Below are positions 24,960 through 33,264 of a stretch of DNA of 53,257 bases, in pieces (within the stretch, counting starts at the first letter, position 1; the number at the start of each line of letters is the position of its first letter). Under the pieces are notes generated by a model, which was not told the origin of the DNA, searched no databases, and saw only the letters and a program-made list of their open reading frames with translations. The stretch is from a virus (lineage: Duplodnaviria > Caudoviricetes), in the IMG/VR virus record IMGVR_UViG_3300019887_000002, positions 1-53,257 of that record; one strand, 5' to 3'. Made by a program: the position numbers and the translations under genes.

Positions 24960-27267
24960 ACATCCGCTCGCACTATGTGAGTCCTGTCCACTCAACACGG
25001 AGGAGTCTGTTTATGTCCCTTCAGACGGGCCCGACAGAGCCGAACTCGTCATCATCGGAGAAGCTCCCGGACGAGATGAAGCAAGGAGAGGACGACCCTT
25101 CACTGGACAGTCGGGCAAACTCCTTGATACAGTTCTTGCGCACAACAAACTGGAACGTTCCAGAATATTTGTCACGAATACGGTTCTCTGCAGAGACAAA
25201 GAGAATCGTACTCCAACAGCCACGGAGATCGGATGCTGCCTTCCCCGACTCATCGCCGAGGTCAAGAGCAGAAGCCCAAGCACTATACTTGCACTTGGTA
25301 ACTCAGCTGCGAAGACGATCCTCCGAACCACTGACGGAGTTACCAAGCTCCGAGTTGGACAAGGACACGAGTCCCCACTCTTTCCCGGAGTAAAGGTCAT
25401 AGCAACATTCCACCCAGCAGCAACAATGCGTCAGCCCGGAGCCTTCCCATCGATGGTAACTGACTTCGCGAAGGTCAGAGTCAAGGGAGACGTACGATGG
25501 ATCGATCCTGAGATCAGCATCGTGAACAATCCTGACAACGCCAATGTAGTACTTGACGCACTAGCAACCAAGCCCCGTATCACTATCGATATCGAAACAG
25601 GCAAAGAGAAGGACGAGGACTTCGACAGACCTGAGAACCTTCTCTGTGTCGGTTTCAGTTATCGTCCAGGGGCTGTAGTTGTCATCGGAGAGAGAGCCTT
25701 ACAGCATCCAGGAGTGAAGCAGCATCTAGTTGACATGCTCAACAGGCATCCTCACATTGGAGCACAGAATGGTAAGTCAGACCTCGGATGGCTTCGAGCA
25801 GGTACTCTTGCCTTCGACACAATGCTTGCATCGTATGCATGTGATGAGAGGAAGGGTATTCATAGCCTGGAATATCAAGGTACAGAACACCTCGGTGCTC
25901 CGAATTGGAAGGCAGAGTTCAAACGGAAACTTCGTACCAAGACCGACTACGGCAGTTGTTCTCGAGACGATCTCTACATCTACAACGGACAGGATTGTGT
26001 TGGAACTTGGTTGCTCGAAGACTATTGGGAGGCCCGACTTAGAGCTGAGGGTCTTACAGGACTTCATGAACACCTGGTGAATGTAAGCAACACACTCATG
26101 CCTGTGGAGCAAGAAGGTGTGAAGCTCGATCTGGCGTACAACCTTAGGTTACAGGCTGAGTACGATGAACTACTTGCCAGACTGATGATGAGCCTTAACA
26201 GGTGGATCGACAACCCAAGGTCGTGGCAACAGATCAAGAGAGCCCTCCTGGAACTACACGTACAGGTAGACAACACTCAAGCGGAAGAGATCCAAGCAGC
26301 CCTCGAGATGGCTATAGGACCTGAAGGTAACCAACTCGATCCTGTCGACAGAGCACAAGTCATCGAACTATGTACAGACCTACTAGAGTACAAGAAACAA
26401 TTCAAACAGGAGTCGACATATGTCAGAGGAATCCGGGAACGACTCGATCGCAACGGACGCATCTACGCCTCCTTCCTCATCCACGGCACAACCCATGGAC
26501 GACTTTCTTCTCGCAATCCGAACCTTCAGAACATTACTCGAGGGGACCGCATTCGAGGTCAGTTCGTCCCTGAAGAGGGTAACCTTTTCGTTCAGGCTGA
26601 CTATCGGACCATCGAGCTCCGAACACTAGCAGTTGAGTCAGGAGATGCTTATCTGTTCAGTGTACTGTCGGACCTTGAACGAGACATTCACAATGAGACA
26701 GGTGCTAGGTTCTATCACGACTTCTGGGATGTCACACCAGCAGCACGGAAGGAACGTCGCATCAGAGCCAAGGCTGTTGTGTTCGGACTCCCATACGGAC
26801 GTACTGCGTTCAGTGTAGCAGAAGAGTACGGACTAGCACCTCAAGTTGCAGAAGCTTACTACCGAGAGTTCTTCGGACTTATCCCTGGAGTAGTTGAATT
26901 CCAAAAGAGAGTCAAGCTCGACGTGTTGAGTGGCAAGGATCTCATAACACCTTTCGGAAGGCATCATCGGGTTCCTCTCATCACACCACAGAACCGCAAG
27001 GATGTAATCAAAGAGGCGTACTCGTTCTACCCTCAAAGCATTGCGAACGACATCAACCTGCATGCCATGATCAGATTGGTCAATGCAGGTGTGCACGTTC
27101 GCATTCCAGTACACGACTCATTGCTGGCAGAGTTCAGAGCAGAGGACGCTAAAGAAGGTGCACAGTTTATGAAGGAGACAATGGAACAGACAGCAGCAGA
27201 CGTGTACAACAAAGAGATGCCATTTCCTGTAGATGTAGAAATTGGTCCGAACTGGGGTGCAGTATGA
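24946..27267 (+). CDS. polA: DNA polymerase family A with N-terminal family-4 uracil-DNA glycosylase domain and 3'-5' exonuclease
   Basis: UDG: CESCPL, GEAPG, PFTG, FHPA; exo DIET; Pol: GRLSSRNPNLQN, DYRTIELR, KAVVFGLPYG, VHDS. Confidence 0.93.
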   Translation: MEQRRHPLALCESCPLNTEESVYVPSDGPDRAELVIIGEAPGRDEARRGRPFTGQSGKLLDTVLAHNKLERSRIFVTNTVLCRDKENRTPTATEIGCCLPRLIAEVKSRSPSTILALGNSAAKTILRTTDGVTKLRVGQGHESPLFPGVKVIATFHPAATMRQPGAFPSMVTDFAKVRVKGDVRWIDPEISIVNNPDNANVVLDALATKPRITIDIETGKEKDEDFDRPENLLCVGFSYRPGAVVVIGERALQHPGVKQHLVDMLNRHPHIGAQNGKSDLGWLRAGTLAFDTMLASYACDERKGIHSLEYQGTEHLGAPNWKAEFKRKLRTKTDYGSCSRDDLYIYNGQDCVGTWLLEDYWEARLRAEGLTGLHEHLVNVSNTLMPVEQEGVKLDLAYNLRLQAEYDELLARLMMSLNRWIDNPRSWQQIKRALLELHVQVDNTQAEEIQAALEMAIGPEGNQLDPVDRAQVIELCTDLLEYKKQFKQESTYVRGIRERLDRNGRIYASFLIHGTTHGRLSSRNPNLQNITRGDRIRGQFVPEEGNLFVQADYRTIELRTLAVESGDAYLFSVLSDLERDIHNETGARFYHDFWDVTPAARKERRIRAKAVVFGLPYGRTAFSVAEEYGLAPQVAEAYYREFFGLIPGVVEFQKRVKLDVLSGKDLITPFGRHHRVPLITPQNRKDVIKEAYSFYPQSIANDINLHAMIRLVNAGVHVRIPVHDSLLAEFRAEDAKEGAQFMKETMEQTAADVYNKEMPFPVDVEIGPNWGAV

Positions 27268-27422
27268 AAGATCCGAAGATCGTATGGACAGTCAAAGTTT
27301 CAACACCTCAGGAAGTGTACGGCGAGGTGTACAAACACAAGTGGATTGCACTAGTGGTATCTGCAATCCTCCTGAAGAAAAATGACATCGTAGTAGTCAG
27401 GAGGGAGTGGATCGATCCATGA
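27264..27422 (+). CDS. hypothetical protein (52 aa)
   Basis: ATGA overlaps at both ends. Confidence 0.55.
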   Translation: MKDPKIVWTVKVSTPQEVYGEVYKHKWIALVVSAILLKKNDIVVVRREWIDP

Positions 27423-27640
27423 AGTGTTCGAAGTGTAACAACCAGGCACGACGAAACAGCGAGTTCTGTTTCGATTGTGGACCGAAGAAGATAGCAACCA
27501 AGAGACACCGTAACCCGAGAAGGTACAGGCCTATTGAACAGGATAGGAGGCGGGCACCAGAGACACCTGTACCTATGATCGATCCACTTGTACCAAAGAT
27601 CATCGACAAACAGTTCCTACTAGGAAAGAGGCCGATATGA
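27419..27640 (+). CDS. basic zinc-ribbon protein
   Basis: CSKC...CFDC. Confidence 0.65.
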   Translation: MKCSKCNNQARRNSEFCFDCGPKKIATKRHRNPRRYRPIEQDRRRAPETPVPMIDPLVPKIIDKQFLLGKRPI

Positions 27641-28194
27641 GAATACTCAGGACACTTGTAGCTGGCACGATCATACTTGTTGGAGTTGCTACTGTTTCAA
27701 CATTAAAGATGGGCATCGATACATCACGCAACGTACCACCATCAGCCATTGCAATGATAGGTCCTGTTGCTCCTGGACCAACCGACAACCGAATCACACA
27801 AGCAAACATCCACGAGACCATCTGTACAAGTGGATGGACCAAAAAGGTTCGTCCAAACTCTATGTACACAGGTTTCGTCAAGAAACTAGAAATGGGCAAC
27901 GGAGGCGATGTTCCGTCTCCTGCAGCAGCCGGACGGATGTACCACGTAGTTGGCACTCATCTCAACCAACCTCTGAGCCTGTACGAACTGGATCACAACG
28001 TTCCACTCGAGTTGGGAGGTAACCCTGAGGACCCGATCAATCTCAAGCTCCAGATTTGGGATGGCCCTGATGGTGCTCACCTAAAGGACCATGCAGAGAA
28101 CAAAGTGCACGCTCTCGTGTGTAGCGGAGCAATGAGACTTGTAGATGGTCAGCAAGTGTTCCTGTCAGATAATTGGAAGCCGTACGCGAACTAA
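27637..28194 (+). CDS. secreted/membrane-anchored HNH-like nuclease-fold protein
   Basis: N-terminal hydrophobic signal; YELDHNVPLELGG...INL motif; paired Cys. Confidence 0.7.
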   Translation: MRILRTLVAGTIILVGVATVSTLKMGIDTSRNVPPSAIAMIGPVAPGPTDNRITQANIHETICTSGWTKKVRPNSMYTGFVKKLEMGNGGDVPSPAAAGRMYHVVGTHLNQPLSLYELDHNVPLELGGNPEDPINLKLQIWDGPDGAHLKDHAENKVHALVCSGAMRLVDGQQVFLSDNWKPYAN

Positions 28195-28204
28195 GGAGGA
28201 AGTA

Positions 28205-28324
28205 GTGGCGCCAGTACTCGAAATTGGTCACACAGCTATCAAGTTCGGATGGGGATTCCTAGTCATTCTAGGTTGGCTCACTTTCATGATCATCGGACTA
28301 TCACAAAGCAAAAAGGAGGACTAG
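28205..28324 (+). CDS. small membrane peptide (39 aa)
   Basis: AGGAGG RBS; FGWGFLVILGWLTFMIIGL. Confidence 0.55.
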   Translation: MAPVLEIGHTAIKFGWGFLVILGWLTFMIIGLSQSKKED

Positions 28325-28659
28325 TGGCAAGTAAGCAGATGCCTGTTGGCACAAAGAAACAGAACCCTAACGGGTACTGGAGGATCAAGTGCGAGGATGG
28401 CTCGTGGCGATTCCTGCATCACGTCAACATCGAGAAGGCTCTAGGTCGTTCTCTAGGTGCTGGTGAACGAGTTACCTTCAAAGATGGTGACAGAGGTAAC
28501 TGCAACCCTGACAACCTCGTGGTGCGAATCGTTGGCAATACATCTCCAGGTAAGAGACGTGCACATCTCGAAGCCAAGCTCCAGGAGATCGTTGCAGAAC
28601 TGGAGCACCTAGGAGTGACTGTCGAGTACACGTTGCTCGAAGAATCTAAAGCTTCGTAA
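28324..28659 (+). CDS. HNH_3-type endonuclease-like protein (possibly inactive)
   Basis: GYWRIK...LHH...LGR.L...V.FKDGDR.N.PDNL. Confidence 0.75.
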   Translation: MASKQMPVGTKKQNPNGYWRIKCEDGSWRFLHHVNIEKALGRSLGAGERVTFKDGDRGNCNPDNLVVRIVGNTSPGKRRAHLEAKLQEIVAELEHLGVTVEYTLLEESKAS

Positions 28660-28681
28660 CGTTGAATTCACGTTGACTCAT

Positions 28682-28756
28682 ATTCAAAGCGAGTCAAACG
28701 CGATTGGTCCAAGAGCTTACGCATTAGTAACGCTAGTTTGACTCAGCGCTTTGAAT
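28682..28756. repeat. 75-bp imperfect inverted repeat
   Basis: ATTCAAAGCG/CGCTTTGAAT and GAGTCAAAC/GTTTGACTC arms. Confidence 0.75.
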
Positions 28757-28792
28757 CACGATGTCCGAACAGTTTGAGAGGAGGATTGACAG

Positions 28793-29287
28793 ATGCAAGT
28801 TGTAGTCGCCTTTGACCCAGGAGGCACAACCGGAATGACAGTTGCTCGGAAGAAAGATCCAGGACGTAGGGTCTCTGGAGAATGGACTTGGGAGTTCTAC
28901 GAACTAGGTCCATCACAGCATCACGCAATACTCTGGCGTGATCTCAACCATCTCAACGTTCTGATCCCAAAGAGCGTCGACCTAACAGTAGTGTGTGAGT
29001 CCTTCGACCATAGAGCCAACGAAGCAGCTGAACTGATCTCGTGCGAGTACATCGGCATCATCGTCCTGTGGTGTACTGTTAAGGAAGTGCGCCTAGTAAT
29101 GCAGACACCTTCCGAGGCAAAGAACTTCTGGACAGATAACAAACTCAAGCACCTGGGTCTCTACCACCCAACTAAAGGCGACCACTCGAACGATGCTACC
29201 AGACATGCACTCCGCTTTATCACACAGTGGAGAGACAAGACGTTCATCTACCAACTGAAAGGAATCAACGGTGCCTCGGCTGTTTGA
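28793..29287 (+). CDS. RuvC-like Holliday junction resolvase
   Basis: AFDPGGTTG, VCESF, HSNDA.RH. Confidence 0.85.
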   Translation: MQVVVAFDPGGTTGMTVARKKDPGRRVSGEWTWEFYELGPSQHHAILWRDLNHLNVLIPKSVDLTVVCESFDHRANEAAELISCEYIGIIVLWCTVKEVRLVMQTPSEAKNFWTDNKLKHLGLYHPTKGDHSNDATRHALRFITQWRDKTFIYQLKGINGASAV

Positions 29288-30752
29288 AACAGGTGTCGGA
29301 CTAACTACCCCTCTCGATCAACTACAGGATGCAGCTCACAAGGCAGCACGCATCTGGAGGAACAACGCACGAGTTGACCAACGGATGCCTCCTGGAGACT
29401 GGAGAGTTTGGCTCATCGTCGGTGACAGAGGTTCTGGGAAGACATATGCTGAGACACTAGCAGCCTTGGCCGCTCTTGACGGGCCTAAGAGGAACATTGG
29501 TTTCGTCGCTCCATCCTTGAGTGCTGCCAAGATGGTTAACTTGGACGGAGAGTCAGGCATCTTGGCAGCAGTCGGTGGTGAAGAGAACGTTGGTAAGGTC
29601 ATCAGAGGACAGAATGATGTCTACTGCATCTTCAACAATGGCAGTCAGATTGAGTTCCGCTCCTCTGCCAGTCCTGAGAGCATACGAGGTAGGAACTGGG
29701 ACCTCTGTATCTGGGATGAAGTCATTGCAGCGAAGCACCCACTTGCAACCTGGCAACAGATCCAAGCTGCTACACGCAAAGGTCGCGCCCGTGTGGTGAT
29801 TGGTACTTCATGGGACGCTGATCACCCAGACAAAGGCAAGCCTCGGTACGAGGAAGCCAAAGCAGTTCTCTCCAGCATCCTGAAGCGAGAAGGTAGTGGA
29901 GTTATTGTCACGTTCATGAAGTCGTCCGACAACACTGCACTCTCCAAGGAGTGGCTAAAGGAGAACATTGGACACACGGACCTCGACAACCTTCTCAACG
30001 TCGACCCAAGCGCCGGCTTCTTCCGCTCCCCTATGTTTCAATACCACAGGGCGATGGAGGATAGGATTGAACTTGGAGACAAGAAGGTTAGGTACGGAAG
30101 GCTCTATCGCTTCGTTGTCGTACATCCTGTGATGCAGGACGACTCTCCGTGTATCCTCCTACATATCGGGACGTTCAAGAGTCACGGGAAGAGGTACATA
30201 GTCATCTTGGATGAGATCCGAGAATACATGCCTGCTGCGATGGCAGTCGAACGTGGACGAGAGGTTATGAAGACCCTCAAAGCCAACTACGTCCTGTACG
30301 ATGCAGCACACTACTTCGGACCTCCAGAGACGGATCCACGCTTCAGGTTGATCAAGGTACCACCTCCCCCTCATACAGCCTTCCCGGTACAGAAGGCCCT
30401 AGCCGAAGGTAGGTTGTGGTTACAACCAGAGATGAAAGAGGACCTGCTCGCATACGTACCTGAAGGTATAGAGTCTAAGAGGGCTGACAGAGTGATCGCC
30501 TTGTCTCTTGCAACAACTGAGGTTGACGCACTCGACTATAGGAAGACACCTCCAAGAGTACGGCCCGTGTGGTTCAGGATCTTGAAGTGGCTAGGGGTAG
30601 CGTACTTGACTTACAACTTCTTCATCTTCTCGTTCATCCTGATGCTCCTCCTACTACCGTTCGACTTCATTGCAATACTCCTACTCATTAGGATGAGGAA
30701 GAGGAAGAAGGCAGAAGTTGAGAAGCGGATGAAGACGATGGGATTGATCTAA
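29271..30752 (+). CDS. second terminase-large-subunit homologue with degenerate nuclease and C-terminal membrane anchor
   Basis: Q motif/PPGDWRVWL, Walker A GDRGSGKT, PESIRG, Walker B CIWDE; ~35-aa hydrophobic C-terminal segment followed by RMRKRKK. Confidence 0.8.
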   Translation: MPRLFETGVGLTTPLDQLQDAAHKAARIWRNNARVDQRMPPGDWRVWLIVGDRGSGKTYAETLAALAALDGPKRNIGFVAPSLSAAKMVNLDGESGILAAVGGEENVGKVIRGQNDVYCIFNNGSQIEFRSSASPESIRGRNWDLCIWDEVIAAKHPLATWQQIQAATRKGRARVVIGTSWDADHPDKGKPRYEEAKAVLSSILKREGSGVIVTFMKSSDNTALSKEWLKENIGHTDLDNLLNVDPSAGFFRSPMFQYHRAMEDRIELGDKKVRYGRLYRFVVVHPVMQDDSPCILLHIGTFKSHGKRYIVILDEIREYMPAAMAVERGREVMKTLKANYVLYDAAHYFGPPETDPRFRLIKVPPPPHTAFPVQKALAEGRLWLQPEMKEDLLAYVPEGIESKRADRVIALSLATTEVDALDYRKTPPRVRPVWFRILKWLGVAYLTYNFFIFSFILMLLLLPFDFIAILLLIRMRKRKKAEVEKRMKTMGLI

Positions 30753-31378
30753 CGCTTACGTGGACGGCCTCTCCCACGACTGGAACTACGTCGTCTAACC
30801 CTATGATGCGTTGCGTAGTACCTCTTAAGGCTAGCTTTGATCTTTGCTTTGGTCACTGCTGAGAGATGCCTACCTTTAAGGGCCGCACTAATCTTTGCTC
30901 GTGTCGTCGTACTAACTGTACGACCCTTTAGTGCGGCACTAATCTTGGCCCGCGTAGCTGCAGACACTTGACGGCCTTTCAAGGCAGCACTGATCTTTGC
31001 TCGTGTGGCTGCTGACTCGATCCTGCCCTTAAGAGCTGCACTGATCTTAGCTCTGGAGGCTGCAGAAATAGTACGACCCTTGAGTGCTGCAGATATCTTT
31101 GCACGAGCTGCCGGACTTAAAGTCCGTCCCTTGTTAGCTGCTGCAATCTTTGCTCGTGTAGCTGCAGAGACTACCCTGCCTTTGTTTGCAGCAGATATCT
31201 TTGCTCTCGTTGCCGCAGACATTGGGTGGCCTGGATGGTGTCTACCTTTGAGAGCAGCACTAATTTTGGCTCGTGCTGCAGGAGATAGAGGTCGGTGCTT
31301 CCTGCCTTTGTTAGCGGCACTGATCCTTGCCTTAGTGACTGCTGAGAGGTGTCGTCCAGTCTTGTGAATGTAGGGCAC
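30749..31378 (-). CDS. very basic NUMOD3-repeat DNA-binding protein with C-terminal AT-hook
   Basis: 10 copies of SAATRAKISAALKGR-like unit; ends RGRGRPRKR; GTG start directly after the upstream stop. Confidence 0.8.
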   Translation of the reverse strand: MPYIHKTGRHLSAVTKARISAANKGRKHRPLSPAARAKISAALKGRHHPGHPMSAATRAKISAANKGRVVSAATRAKIAAANKGRTLSPAARAKISAALKGRTISAASRAKISAALKGRIESAATRAKISAALKGRQVSAATRAKISAALKGRTVSTTTRAKISAALKGRHLSAVTKAKIKASLKRYYATHHRVRRRSSSRGRGRPRKR

Positions 31379-32137
31379 CTAGAACCTTTTGGCAAGGTAG
31401 TTCAACCTGGCACCTAGAAACCACATTACATTCGTTGATGTATCCGCTGCTATAGTGCCATTACGATCTAAGACCATTGTAATTAAACCACCAGCAGTAA
31501 TTGGTGCATTAATATTGAAGAGTGCTGGTATGACTGCATATCCGTTATAAGAAGGCACGGTTACACTTCCTGTTGCAGCCCCCGAGTCAGCGACAGTTCC
31601 TCCTGGAGTACCCGACGCGATAGCCTTACCTTGTCCGTCGCATCGAAAGTCACCAGTACCTCCACCCTGATAGTGGATATCTACTTGAATCACTCCACTA
31701 GTATAGTCCCAAGGCACCTCCGTAGTACCTACAACACCGTCAGCAAATCCATGACGCAGACCCCAAGCGAACGCCATATTTGCCCAACCTCCGAAGGAGG
31801 TGTAACTAGGACCACCTAGTCCAGCATCGAACTGTTTAGCAGGTATCCAACGACTGTTCAGGTACGTACCACTCTGAGCACCTATCACTAACAAGTCGCC
31901 ATTATCGTCAAGTACCCAAACTGTATCTAGTGCTTGCAGTGTAACGAGTGTAGTGATATTGAAGGCATTGGCAGTTGCAGCTCCTTTTAGTCGCAGGTCA
32001 ACTGTCCCGTTGGCATGAACGGTGTCTACAACAGCCTGGTGCCTATCAATAGGATGCCCAGGACGTCCTCCAGGACCTCTGATAGGACGCTTAAACAAAC
32101 CCGCCATTGGGTACAGAGGGTTCTGGTTAGGATCCAT
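31379..32137 (-). CDS. minor tail protein
   Basis: N-terminal OB-like AVVDTV...DTVWVL...LLVIG module; end of tail cluster. Confidence 0.7.
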   Translation of the reverse strand: MDPNQNPLYPMAGLFKRPIRGPGGRPGHPIDRHQAVVDTVHANGTVDLRLKGAATANAFNITTLVTLQALDTVWVLDDNGDLLVIGAQSGTYLNSRWIPAKQFDAGLGGPSYTSFGGWANMAFAWGLRHGFADGVVGTTEVPWDYTSGVIQVDIHYQGGGTGDFRCDGQGKAIASGTPGGTVADSGAATGSVTVPSYNGYAVIPALFNINAPITAGGLITMVLDRNGTIAADTSTNVMWFLGARLNYLAKRF

Positions 32138-33264
32138 TACGCAGCGATCCTCCTAGCAACACATTGCATAGGAGCAACATCGTCCAGAGGCATTGTGACT
32201 GTGTCCAAAACGAACTTCTGGTTGACACCTGACTTCGCTCTCTGAACGTATATACAGTCCCATGCCTCCAGCATCGGCACAACAACAGACGAGAATCTGA
32301 ACCCAACGATTTGACCTTTAGACAGAGTGAGCAGTGAATTCGCAACCGCCAATGCTTGGTCTGCTGTTGTAATCATCGGACTCTTGTATGCAGGAGCTAC
32401 AGAGCCACCAAAGGCAATGTTGTTACTTGCTGGATCAGTAGGATCGATGTTCTGTGCTACAGCACGAACAGGTACGGAGTTACCTGTACTCTCTCCAGTC
32501 ACAAGCTGGTAGTTGTAAACCTTGTCTTCGTTCCAGTCCGTCGACAAGTCCAGGATGACATTTCGCGGTCCCTCTACGAACGTCCACAGGGGCTGTGCAT
32601 TATCGACGTTGGGGATCTCATCGATCACGATCTGACCTTGCCAGTCGAAGTACACTTGCTTCGCGGAGTCAGTTCCCAACTTGACACTGACGTCCCAAGG
32701 GTTGTCACTAGTTTGATATGTTGCTCCTGCTAAAGCGTACCCAGGACTCGAACCCATACGAAACGTATAGCCTGGTGTCCCTGAATTGATGATCTGTTGT
32801 ATTGCCGTGTACACATCTAGGCCTGCTGCTAGTGAGTACACGTCAACGAATCCTGATCGCTGTACCTTCTTCGCGCGGTCGTACCCCATGATCGTAATAG
32901 TCAGCCCCTGGCCAGAATCCTCTACTTGTGTCTGGTCAATACGGAACACACCGAGCGGAACGAATTCAGGAGGAGTAGCATCTTGGAAGTCTACTCCACG
33001 ATACAGCCATAGTTCGTTTCCAGTAGTTGGAGCAAGTAAGTCAGCAGTAGTACGAGGACTCAACGACCCTGTGGGGTCAGTCAGTTCGACTCGACACGAT
33101 CGGCGGATAGAGTTGGTTGAAGAGATAGTAATGTACCCGCTAGTAATTGCTAGTGTCTTCAACCAACTTGGTTGTATCTGCGAACCTGTCCAAACTTCTG
33201 CTTTGGTCACAACCTTGTGGCCCGTCATCAGGGCTGCTTGTAACTTGAGGGAGGCAGGAATCAT
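32137..33264 (-). CDS. minor tail/baseplate hub protein (DUF5047-like)
   Basis: IRRSC.VEL, VPLGVFRI, GYDR, FDWQG motifs; synteny. Confidence 0.8.
   Translation of the reverse strand: MIPASLKLQAALMTGHKVVTKAEVWTGSQIQPSWLKTLAITSGYITISSTNSIRRSCRVELTDPTGSLSPRTTADLLAPTTGNELWLYRGVDFQDATPPEFVPLGVFRIDQTQVEDSGQGLTITIMGYDRAKKVQRSGFVDVYSLAAGLDVYTAIQQIINSGTPGYTFRMGSSPGYALAGATYQTSDNPWDVSVKLGTDSAKQVYFDWQGQIVIDEIPNVDNAQPLWTFVEGPRNVILDLSTDWNEDKVYNYQLVTGESTGNSVPVRAVAQNIDPTDPASNNIAFGGSVAPAYKSPMITTADQALAVANSLLTLSKGQIVGFRFSSVVVPMLEAWDCIYVQRAKSGVNQKFVLDTVTMPLDDVAPMQCVARRIAA

Noticed and set aside
31005-31367. + strand repetitive ORF antisense to the NUMOD3 gene
   Set aside because: Shadow of the repeat gene; no RBS; the - strand ORF is coupled to the tail operon
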